Origin: a virus
IMG/VR virus record: IMGVR_UViG_3300000116_000001
Location: 1-36,779 of that record
Strand: one strand, 5' to 3'
Length of the DNA: 36,779 nt
Part shown: positions 1 to 8,367 of the stretch, piece after piece
How positions within the stretch are numbered: the stretch's first letter is position 1
Layout: each line of letters starts with the position of its first letter
The notes under the pieces: model-generated
Database searches by the model: none
Told to the model about the DNA's origin: nothing
What the model saw: only the letters and a program-made list of their open reading frames with translations
Translations under genes and position numbers: made by a program

Positions 1-1163
1 AACCATGTACCATTTTTACCAAACCATATCTTAGATGTAGCACTTGTTAAATCTACTGCCATCATAATGATGTTATTAACACTTGCTTGAACACCATAGT
101 TTACAGTTCCACCACCACCATCATCTATAAGATTGGGTGTGCCAGTCATGGGTTGGTAAGTAATTCCCTCGCAACCATTTGAACCTGTTTCTTTTCCTAC
201 GATTGCATTAGCTCCAGTATATTGCCATCTTCTTGAAGCATGAGTACCATTTTTATAAATTGATATTGTGTTGCCATCTGCTTGTGTGTTTGCTGATGCT
301 GGTTTAAATTCTGCATACCATTTACCATCTGACACCATCATTGTTCCATTAACACCTCTAGCATTGCCTGTTGTTCCTAGATAAGCTGTGCCAGCATGGT
401 CTACATACTCACCACCATTATTAATAGATTGATAATCTGATTGGTTTTTATCTAATGTTATAAAGTTATTACTAGGTGTATCTGTGTCTTGTATAAATGT
501 TCCTGATGTAGCCATGTTATTACTTTCGCCACTAGAATCTAATCCAAAGTTACTAGCATTTTCGTACTTTAGGAAGAACCCATTTGTTCCATAAGTTACA
601 CTTGGAGATAATTTTGCTTTCCATTCACCTGTTGTACTGTCAGTTTCACCGAATGTTGATGGTGCATAAGACTGTCCATCTGCAAAATGGGTATGGGCTA
701 ACAATCCATTAAAGTTTCTATTAAGCCCTTTAAAGTTTCCTATTCTGTGTTCAACATTCATGTTTATACCTAAGTCTTGATTTTGGTTAGGTATAGTATT
801 AGTAGCTAAAGATGTTTCTGCATCTCCACCATTAATGTAAATTCTTACTCTATTTGCTGCTGTTGATTGGGTAGTGTCACACCTAACTACCAAGTGATAC
901 CACGAGGTAGGGTCACGAAGTAATCTGTTCGTTACTTGATTTAAAACATTTGAGCTACTTGCATATGATTGCACTTGTATTCCATAAGTTGACGTTACAG
1001 CTATATATGCAAAATCTGCATTATTACCTTCATAACTATTTGCCCATATTACTTTATCAGAAACTGGATTATCAGGTAGTTTAAACCATGTGCTAAATGT
1101 CCAAGTTTTTCTGTTACTTGCATCTAGTGTTTTGCTTAAATATGATGATGCTGTTGTTGCCAT
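1..1163 (-). CDS. LamG + SPRY receptor-binding-type protein, N-terminal ~387 codons only (duplicate of part of CDS 34279..35718, cut by the window edge)
   Basis: ATG at 1163 equals 35718 minus 34555. The sequence is identical to 34556..35718, with an AGAGGA SD upstream. Confidence 0.85.
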   Translation of the reverse strand, partial: MATTASSYLSKTLDASNRKTWTFSTWFKLPDNPVSDKVIWANSYEGNNADFAYIAVTSTYGIQVQSYASSSNVLNQVTNRLLRDPTSWYHLVVRCDTTQSTAANRVRIYINGGDAETSLATNTIPNQNQDLGINMNVEHRIGNFKGLNRNFNGLLAHTHFADGQSYAPSTFGETDSTTGEWKAKLSPSVTYGTNGFFLKYENASNFGLDSSGESNNMATSGTFIQDTDTPSNNFITLDKNQSDYQSINNGGEYVDHAGTAYLGTTGNARGVNGTMMVSDGKWYAEFKPASANTQADGNTISIYKNGTHASRRWQYTGANAIVGKETGSNGCEGITYQPMTGTPNLIDDGGGGTVNYGVQASVNNIIMMAVDLTSATSKIWFGKNGTW

Positions 1164-2224
1164 AATGTCCTCTAGTTAAATGCCATGCTGTTAGCCATAC
1201 CAACACTTGCTGTTATACTGAATGCTCGATCTACAGTTTGACCCTCTGCATCTGTTAATCTTAATGTAAAATTATACGTTGTGCTAGCTGTTGGAGATGG
1301 AGCTGTACCTGTTATTACACCTGTTCCGCTATTAAGCGTTAAATTCATTGTTGATGCTGGGGTATTAGCGTTACTTGTTAAGACACTTGTGGTCTCGCTG
1401 AAAGCTACTGTTGAGTCTGATGATCCATCTACATCTATAGACACTGATGCTCCAGCTGCAACCTCGCCTAAACTTCCAGCACTTGTGCTAAAGGTAGGAG
1501 CTGCGCTTGCTGTAATAATATTATTGGTACTACGTCCAGCATTACCATCTGGATTCTCTATTCTCACATGGTAAGCACCAGTTGCTAAAGTTACATTTAC
1601 AGATAGCGTTGTAGCATTAGTAAATGAAACAGAGTTAGGTCTAGTAATTGCACCAGTAGTTTTAATAAATTCAACAATAGGTACAGTTACAAAGTTTGAA
1701 CCCGTAATATTAATTGTTGTTGCTGATGATGGAGCTATTGTTTGTGATACATTAGCTACTGTTGGTTTAGTCTCTCCAACTGTCACACTTCCACCAAGAC
1801 TAACTGCGCTTCCATTAATGGTAATAGCGGAAGCTGCCAATTTGGCAATAGGAATGCCAGCAAGAGTAATGTTTAGTGTCTCGTTGCTACCATCGTTAGT
1901 CTCAGTGAGAGTAACACCAGTACTTCCTGTAGCCGTTAGCTTAGCTAACAAACCACCAGCACTGCTGTCGTTTGAGGAAATTTTTACGTTTGAATCTGTT
2001 GATGCAACTGAGTTCCATGCCGAACCTGAGTAATACTTAAAGGTATTAGATGAGGTATTGAAGTTTAAATCACCAGCATTTAAAGATGAATCTGGATCTC
2101 CACTAGTTACTCTGTATCTGTCTGCAAAACTATTAACTCCAGCTATATTGCCAGCTACAGTAGTTACATTAGATGCAATTCCAGCTACCGAAGTAACGTT
2201 TGATGCAATCCCAGCCACTGTTGT
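1..2224. repeat. Terminal redundancy, left copy (identical to 34556..36779); defines a closed 34,555-bp genome unit
   Basis: The window start aaccatgtaccatttttacc recurs at 34556. Every track ORF in 1..2224 reappears shifted by exactly +34555 with identical translation (1281..1574 = 35836..36129; 1818..2033 = 36373..36588; 1172 = 35727). The window's last 15 nt, cccagccactgttgt, equal 2210..2224. Confidence 0.93.
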
Positions 2225-2911
2225 GACATTAGAAGCAACACCCGCAACGCTTGTTACGTTACTTGCAACGCCAGCTACTGTTGTTATGTTAGAAGCAATG
2301 TTTTCTACAGCCGCTATATCACCAGCTATGTTTGCAACTGCTGTTACATCTGATGCAATCGCTGCAATTGCCTGTACATTTGTTGAAGTATTAGTTACAT
2401 CTATTGTACCATCACTAGCAAAAGCCATTACCTTGCCCGCTCTTGTAGCTTTGGCTGGTAAAGACATGTTGGCTGTAATTGAATCTGTGTCTAATAATTT
2501 AACGGATCGCTCTATGTGTTGGTCTAAGTCTGCAAGTTTTGCATAGACTTTATCTAAATCTGTGTTAAGCGCAGCCATTGAAAATGAACCACTAGATACA
2601 AAATCAGACGCTCTTTCTATTACAATATCTCTTATGATTGTAATGATAGCCCCGTTAAGAATACCAGTAGCCCCAATGTTTATTGTACCACCAGCTCCAA
2701 ACTCATAAGACTCATCACTGCTTGAGGCTGTACCTGTAACAGTGTATGTATTAACAGCACTAGAATTAGCATCATAAGAAAGAAGAGTAGTCCCGTTATA
2801 TACTTTAATATCTGTTACTGCAAAAAACTCAAACGGAATTGTAAACGCTTGTTGGTTTGCTGTTGCTGTATAAGCAACTCTTGGTATATTTTTATTACTA
2901 GCTATTGTCAT
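1172..2911 (-). CDS. Tail fibre (T7 gp17 position and N-terminal adaptor type) with decamer-repeat shaft and Ig-like distal domains
   Basis: 579-aa ORF with an ATGA overlap to the upstream ejection-protein gene. The N-terminus RVAYTATANQQAFTIPFEFFAVTDIKVYNG resembles the T7-type tail-fibre attachment domain. The centre carries a VAG(V/I)ASNVT(S/T) array. An IPT/TIG-like segment (ITGSNFVTVPIVEF...YHVRIENPDG) and a He_PIG/cadherin-like Ig segment (LNSGTGVITGTAPSPTASTTYNFTLRLTDAEG) follow. Confidence 0.85.
   Translation of the reverse strand: MTIASNKNIPRVAYTATANQQAFTIPFEFFAVTDIKVYNGTTLLSYDANSSAVNTYTVTGTASSSDESYEFGAGGTINIGATGILNGAIITIIRDIVIERASDFVSSGSFSMAALNTDLDKVYAKLADLDQHIERSVKLLDTDSITANMSLPAKATRAGKVMAFASDGTIDVTNTSTNVQAIAAIASDVTAVANIAGDIAAVENIASNITTVAGVASNVTSVAGVASNVTTVAGIASNVTSVAGIASNVTTVAGNIAGVNSFADRYRVTSGDPDSSLNAGDLNFNTSSNTFKYYSGSAWNSVASTDSNVKISSNDSSAGGLLAKLTATGSTGVTLTETNDGSNETLNITLAGIPIAKLAASAITINGSAVSLGGSVTVGETKPTVANVSQTIAPSSATTINITGSNFVTVPIVEFIKTTGAITRPNSVSFTNATTLSVNVTLATGAYHVRIENPDGNAGRSTNNIITASAAPTFSTSAGSLGEVAAGASVSIDVDGSSDSTVAFSETTSVLTSNANTPASTMNLTLNSGTGVITGTAPSPTASTTYNFTLRLTDAEGQTVDRAFSITASVGMANSMAFN
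2138..2371 (-). repeat. In-frame 30-nt (10-aa) periodic array inside the tail-fibre gene (~8 units; four near-perfect units at 2162..2281)
   Basis: Residues 181-258 read AIAAIASDVT AVANIAGDIA AVENIASNIT TVAGVASNVT SVAGVASNVT TVAGIASNVT SVAGIASNVT TVAGNIAG. The DNA units differ at many synonymous positions. Confidence 0.9.
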
Positions 2912-5900
2912 TTAAATACATCCGTTGTGGTATTGTATATTGATTTAAATAATCCATCTGTCCAGATTAAACTATTACCAGGAATCTGTCTTCTAAATAA
3001 ATTTAAACCCTCTTCAGTTGTAGCATCATCATCCATTATATAATTTAAGATATCTAAAGGTATAGATGGACCAGCACCAAATGTTTCACCTAAAGCATCT
3101 ACCGTAGTAGCTTCTCCAAATCTTGGATCAATACCAATTGCTGGTCTTAATCCTAAAGGATAATCTAAAAATCCTTGACTTAATGTTTCAAGCATAAAGT
3201 TCATATCTGTAAGCATACCACCAATTCCGCTAACTTCAATAGCCCTAATTATTTTTTCCTCTGTAGATTTATAATGCCAATAGTTAGGATTCTTTAAATA
3301 ATCTGAGTAACCGCCTAAAGCTAGCATGGCTACAACACCTTGCATATAATAAGCTTCTCTTCCAGATAAACCTGACAATACTATTTTTCTGTTAGCTCCC
3401 ATTCCCCATGAAAAAAACTGAAAAGGTAAAGACAATGCAGCATTAGATATTTTTCCACCTCTAGCGTCTGGCATATAACCAAGCATTCCCCCAACTTTAC
3501 CGCTTAATGCGTTTTGCATTCCTTTACTTCGTATTCTTTGTCCTCCTGACATTAATCCAGGTGTATCTGATACGTTTGGAGTTACTATTGTTCTATTTGT
3601 ATCAGTATAAACTGCTTGTCTAAATCTCATTCTAGCATTTTGAGAACCTGGACCAGTCCAAGAATCAACATTTGCAGTAAACAAAACATTATCGTCACCT
3701 AAATCTCTTGTTACTACTTTTGAAACTACATCATCGTTTGCTCCTACTTTTTCTACAGGCATCTTAGATATAATTTTAGCTGTATCTTTATCTATTCCAG
3801 CTTGAAGTAACCTTAAAATATCTTTAGGAGTTGCAGTTCCCTCAGCTGACTTAAATGATAATCTTAATAAATCATCAGCCTGTAATACACCAGCTTGTAA
3901 TTTCATTGCAGCAGTATAAATTGTCAATCCGTTTAAAACATACCATGGACCTTGAGCATCGTTCATTTTTTGACCAACTTTATCAAATGCTTTACCAAAT
4001 GCTGATGTACTGCCAGCCCATGCCGTTGAACCCGAATCTTCTATAAATCTACGCTTCATCATTCCCATGTAATAATCACTAGCAATACCCATTTTCTGAA
4101 CATTACCTTGAGCATGTTTCATCATATGTAAATTTTCAAATAAACCAACAAAACCTTTTCCAAAAGTTTTTTGAAATCCTTGTGACATCACAAGCTTACC
4201 TATGTCTGGAAGAGCAGAAACCACAACTTTACCCATATAAGCAAGTGAAGCCCAATCTCTTAAAAATGTTGATATTTTTTTGTTAAGAGAAGTTGGATCT
4301 TCTAGATTAAACTGTCCTAACATTTTGTCTTTTGTATCTACAAATGAATTAATAATATCATCTATATCTTTTTTGCTTACGTTTTTGCCTAAGTCTTTTG
4401 TTATTAATTCTATTTCTAATACAGATAAAGCATCATCAAGATGATGATCTCCAAATTGTTCTATTATTGCTGAAGCTGGAGATACTTTTTGTTTGTAATT
4501 ACTAGCAATGCTTTTTGCATTTAACTGTAAATATTCCATTATTAATTCATTAGGAACATCAACCCCTCTAGACATAAAAGTAGTTCTTCCAGAAACATAT
4601 TTGCCAAAATTATCAATCCCTAAGCCTCCAATATTTGTAGAATCTCCATGTGCTGATTGTGTCATTATTTGGTCTATCTCTCCATTAACTCTATCCTCTA
4701 TTTGTCTTGCACCTGACTGTACTGTTTTTGGTCTTGGATTTAATCCTTTGTCTTTTAAAGAATTAAAATATTTGTTATAAGCTACCTTAAACTCTTGATC
4801 GTCTAAACCTTTAAACATTTTATCTTTTATACTAGTAAACGCTCTTTCTCTTTTTTGACCAACAACTCTTGGTTTATCAAAAGTTATTCCTCTGTATCCT
4901 TGCATGTCAGCAAGCGGTATAACTTCTTTAAGTTTTACTTCTTGTCCGTCTATTATTTTTGTATATGGTTTTAATATAAGTTCGTTTTTAGTGTAATGAG
5001 CTAAAAGTTTTTTCTTTAAACCCTCTGTATCTGCCATTACTTTATCTACATTCCAAACTCTATAAAAGAAATCTTCTTCATAATTTTTAACCATTCCAGC
5101 ATCTCTTAGTAACTTTTCATCTTCAAGAGATAGTTTATGACTAGTTTGGTATTTTAAAGCTTGTTCGTCTAATTCATTTTGTTTTGCATAAAGAGCATCT
5201 ATTTGTTCTTTACTAAGCTTATTCTTAGTTTTAGAATTATTAGCTTTAATAATATTACCAATTTCAGCTGATCTTTTTTTCTTTAATAACATTACTTTTT
5301 CAAAACCACCAGATGAAACAAAAGTTTTATGGTCTTGAAAAACTTTTTTATGAAATTTAGTAAAATCAATAAAAGCGTTAATTGCTTCCATCATCTCGTC
5401 TGGTAATCTTTTACGATATTCTTTGCTAATTACACCTCTTGATACAGCTTCCATTACTTGCTCATGTGTAACCATTATTGGTTTATCAGTTTCTTTATTG
5501 TTTTTTAATTGTTCCTTAATTTTATTTTTAGCAAATACTTCTTTTGCTCTAATAGTAGCTGAGCTTATATTAACTCCTAAAAAAATAGATGGATCTGTAT
5601 TATTTGTATTAACTCTAACATGGGCATTATCTAGTGCATCTATTAGTTCTTTGTACTTTATCATGTATCTTGTATTCAACTCAGCTAATACAGATGGAGG
5701 TTGCGTTATTCCGTATCTTGCTAGCCTGTTAGGTATTGAATGATCTCCTGATAATCTAGCCATCATAGAACCAATTAAAGGAGCAGTTTTTATATTTGGT
5801 AATTTATCTTTTATGTTTGCAATAAAGCCATAATCAGATTGAAAACTAGATATTTCTCTAGCCCAGAAAGGTATGTCTTCTGTGTAATCAACAGACTTTT

Positions 5901-8367
5901 TAATATTTAATTCTTTTAAAGTTTTTTGATTTAAAAGATTTTCGTACTGAGCATCTGTCTTTACAAGAACATTATCTTTATTTAAAGCTAAAGCGTTAAT
6001 TCTATTTTCATAAGCGCCCTTAGTTTCTTCAGGTAATCGTTTATGAAAAGTGTGCATTTGTTCGTGTCTTAAAACAAAATTGTACCATTCTTCTGGTGTT
6101 TTAAATTGATCTTTAGCTAAAGGCTTTACTCCTTCTACTTTTGGTTTTGTCCATGGAGAATTTTTAAAACTATCTAGTAATGATTTTTTATTTATATTTA
6201 TAGACTTACCATCAAACCAAGCATTAACTTCGTCTCCGCCATCTTTTCTTGTTTTGCTTTTTGACACATAATTTACAGGAGTAAACACTTTTATTTCTTT
6301 TTTTAAAAACCTTGTTTCTCTGTAAATTTCTTTTAAAACTCTAAAATCTAAATAATCTGCAAAAGTTTTAAACGATGGTATAGGCTCTATATCATTAATC
6401 TTTTTGGTATATAATTTTTCTTTGTATGCTTTTTTTAAACCTATAGTATCTCTCATCATAAGCCCAGACTCTGGATCATATTTTATTAACTTTGATGGTG
6501 TGTTCTTGCTGGTAATTTCTGCAGATTTGCCAGTTGAAACTTTGTGTTTTATGTATCTTTTAAAAGACTGTATTCCTGTACTGTTACCGTCAAATCTTAA
6601 TTTTATTAAATCTTTAACTGGTCTGTAATCTATTCTTTTAAGTTCATTCAATAAATCTAAGTCATTAATAAGACCTTTAGAGCCTAAAAATTCTAGTTTT
6701 TTAGTAAATTTACCACCAATACTATAGGTATCTATTTTTTTTTCGTTCTCTGTTATTAAAACTTTAAAACGTTTTATAAGAGGCTCGATGTCTTCTTGTT
6801 TACTTACCTTACCAAGAAGCAAACTTCTAAAATTTTGCTGAGGATTCTCTTTCATAGACTCAATAATGTTATCCATGTATCTTGCTTCAGTTACATTTAA
6901 AGACTGCATGTCTTCTTTTGTCTGTAACTTTTTAAATATGTCTGGATTTTCTAATTCTTTTAAAGCATCCCTATATGATTTAGATGTTTTTCTTAAAGAA
7001 GTAATAATCATTTTATGGTCAGATAATCTTTTTTTAAGTTCTTTAAAATCATTCCATGGCATACCTCTGTTTTTTGCTTTTTCCCAACTTACACCCATAT
7101 AAGTTTGTTTAATACCAGATTCTTGTGATAAAAATCTTGAAAATTCTTTTTCTAAATCAGCTTCTTTTAAAGATTTTATTAAATCATTTTGACCTTTTTT
7201 TGTTTGCAATATCTTAGCTAGAATGTCCAACTCAGTTTCCATTTTATTAGGAGAACGATATGTTTTTGGTCTTGGGTTTATTAAAGTTCCGTCTTTTTTC
7301 ATTCCTTTAGTGTCAACTTTAAACTTTAAATCTTTTTCTAAAAAATTATTTGACTTATTTTTTTGATAAACATCATTCATTATTCTGTTTATTTTTGAGT
7401 AAAAAATTGTGTCTGGACTAGCAACAGCGTTAGGTTGTTCTTTAATTAATTTTTCTTCTAAAAAAATATGAGGCTCATAATCTTTAGGATTAAAAATCAA
7501 ATTATTGTCTACTTCTGCGTCAAACACAGGCATTCCCTCTTCTGCTGTATCTGCAAAATGTATTTTTTCTGAAGCATGTTCTGGAATACTAACGTCATCT
7601 AAGTTTTTATTTTTGTTTATTTTAACTGATTGTGACCTAAGAGAAGACAAAGAAGAACCGATTGTTGCATTTAAAGTACCACCTAATAAAAAAGCTCCAC
7701 CTACGTAATAAGCTGTTTCTTCATTAGTAGAAGTAGGATCTAACGGTCTTCTTATAAATTCTGTAGCTCCAACAAGACCTCCTACTTTTAAACCAGCTTT
7801 TGAAACATTAGCAAGAAATCCTATGCCACCAGTAAAAGGAATTGCAACAAGGTTAATTGGATCTGTTAAGCCTGCTACTAAACTAGGACCAAAATTTCTA
7901 CTAGTAAGAGCCAGTCTTTTTTTTCTTGAAAGATTCTGGTCAATCTTTGATTTTAAAAATTCAAAATGTGATTCATTTCTAACGTCTTTCCAAAGATGCC
8001 TGTATTGTTCGTAACCCTCATCATTTTTATAAGGATTAAATGTTCTATCTACAGGACTTTGCCACCAATCTTTGACACCACCTTGCATTACATTTATATA
8101 TTCATTGTCTTGCATAGTTAAACCATGCCACCACAACCCTACTTCATCGCCTACGTCTGCCCAAAACCCATGGTCGTAATTTGATTTGACTCTATTGTCA
8201 GCTTCTATAGGTTCAAAATTACTATTGTCCTTTGCAAAAAATGGTTGGTTGCTTGGCTTTAATTCTTCATCAACTTGATCGTAAAGTTGTTTGCTTCTAG
8301 CCTCATCGTCTTGAATTTTCTCTGGACTAGTAGTAAAACTTTCTTTGATTGTATCTAAAATACTCAT
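2908..8367 (-). CDS. Very large internal virion / DNA-ejection protein (T7 gp16 position)
   Basis: The ORF is open to 8391 (TTG). An ATG at 8367 gives a classic ATGA overlap with the upstream stop, so MSILDTIKES is the likely start (1819 aa). Gly-rich hydrophobic segments near the N-terminus (LVAGLTDPINLVAIPFTGGIGFLANV, AYYVGGAFLLGGTL) and near the C-terminus fit a membrane-inserting ejection protein. It is the last of three internal-protein genes before the fibre, as in T7-like phages. Confidence 0.7.
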   Translation of the reverse strand: MSILDTIKESFTTSPEKIQDDEARSKQLYDQVDEELKPSNQPFFAKDNSNFEPIEADNRVKSNYDHGFWADVGDEVGLWWHGLTMQDNEYINVMQGGVKDWWQSPVDRTFNPYKNDEGYEQYRHLWKDVRNESHFEFLKSKIDQNLSRKKRLALTSRNFGPSLVAGLTDPINLVAIPFTGGIGFLANVSKAGLKVGGLVGATEFIRRPLDPTSTNEETAYYVGGAFLLGGTLNATIGSSLSSLRSQSVKINKNKNLDDVSIPEHASEKIHFADTAEEGMPVFDAEVDNNLIFNPKDYEPHIFLEEKLIKEQPNAVASPDTIFYSKINRIMNDVYQKNKSNNFLEKDLKFKVDTKGMKKDGTLINPRPKTYRSPNKMETELDILAKILQTKKGQNDLIKSLKEADLEKEFSRFLSQESGIKQTYMGVSWEKAKNRGMPWNDFKELKKRLSDHKMIITSLRKTSKSYRDALKELENPDIFKKLQTKEDMQSLNVTEARYMDNIIESMKENPQQNFRSLLLGKVSKQEDIEPLIKRFKVLITENEKKIDTYSIGGKFTKKLEFLGSKGLINDLDLLNELKRIDYRPVKDLIKLRFDGNSTGIQSFKRYIKHKVSTGKSAEITSKNTPSKLIKYDPESGLMMRDTIGLKKAYKEKLYTKKINDIEPIPSFKTFADYLDFRVLKEIYRETRFLKKEIKVFTPVNYVSKSKTRKDGGDEVNAWFDGKSININKKSLLDSFKNSPWTKPKVEGVKPLAKDQFKTPEEWYNFVLRHEQMHTFHKRLPEETKGAYENRINALALNKDNVLVKTDAQYENLLNQKTLKELNIKKSVDYTEDIPFWAREISSFQSDYGFIANIKDKLPNIKTAPLIGSMMARLSGDHSIPNRLARYGITQPPSVLAELNTRYMIKYKELIDALDNAHVRVNTNNTDPSIFLGVNISSATIRAKEVFAKNKIKEQLKNNKETDKPIMVTHEQVMEAVSRGVISKEYRKRLPDEMMEAINAFIDFTKFHKKVFQDHKTFVSSGGFEKVMLLKKKRSAEIGNIIKANNSKTKNKLSKEQIDALYAKQNELDEQALKYQTSHKLSLEDEKLLRDAGMVKNYEEDFFYRVWNVDKVMADTEGLKKKLLAHYTKNELILKPYTKIIDGQEVKLKEVIPLADMQGYRGITFDKPRVVGQKRERAFTSIKDKMFKGLDDQEFKVAYNKYFNSLKDKGLNPRPKTVQSGARQIEDRVNGEIDQIMTQSAHGDSTNIGGLGIDNFGKYVSGRTTFMSRGVDVPNELIMEYLQLNAKSIASNYKQKVSPASAIIEQFGDHHLDDALSVLEIELITKDLGKNVSKKDIDDIINSFVDTKDKMLGQFNLEDPTSLNKKISTFLRDWASLAYMGKVVVSALPDIGKLVMSQGFQKTFGKGFVGLFENLHMMKHAQGNVQKMGIASDYYMGMMKRRFIEDSGSTAWAGSTSAFGKAFDKVGQKMNDAQGPWYVLNGLTIYTAAMKLQAGVLQADDLLRLSFKSAEGTATPKDILRLLQAGIDKDTAKIISKMPVEKVGANDDVVSKVVTRDLGDDNVLFTANVDSWTGPGSQNARMRFRQAVYTDTNRTIVTPNVSDTPGLMSGGQRIRSKGMQNALSGKVGGMLGYMPDARGGKISNAALSLPFQFFSWGMGANRKIVLSGLSGREAYYMQGVVAMLALGGYSDYLKNPNYWHYKSTEEKIIRAIEVSGIGGMLTDMNFMLETLSQGFLDYPLGLRPAIGIDPRFGEATTVDALGETFGAGPSIPLDILNYIMDDDATTEEGLNLFRRQIPGNSLIWTDGLFKSIYNTTTDVFK

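Noticed and set aside
1-2224. The 2.2-kb end repeat as a genuine long direct terminal repeat of the virion DNA.
   Set aside because: Both boundaries fall in the middle of structural genes, one of them inside a tandem repeat. A physical DTR would duplicate gene fragments at the chromosome ends, which is atypical. A circular or permuted assembly overlap is the simpler reading. Read-terminus analysis is still needed.
2138-2371. A regularly spaced 30-nt repeat that could be mistaken for a CRISPR-like array.
   Set aside because: The units are contiguous with no spacers, are in frame within a 579-aa ORF, and encode a conserved decamer. There are no cas genes.
1281-2546. Plus-strand ORFs of 97, 71 and 162 aa (1281..1574, 1818..2033, 2058..2546, duplicated at 35836.. 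and 36373..), antisense to the tail-fibre gene.
   Set aside because: They lie fully inside a well-supported minus-strand gene and have no SD. Their A/V/T/L/P-rich products are the expected reverse-complement shadow of A/V/T/S/G-rich repeats. The 162-aa ORF simply mirrors the decamer array.
6725-6733. A8-A9 homopolymer runs on the coding strand (6725-6733, 10973-10981, 14393-14400, 15623-15630) as programmed slippage or phase-variation sites.
   Set aside because: Each is simply a pair of Lys AAA codons with flanking A's in a Lys-rich, AT-rich genome. There are no alternative-frame ORFs of meaningful length downstream.
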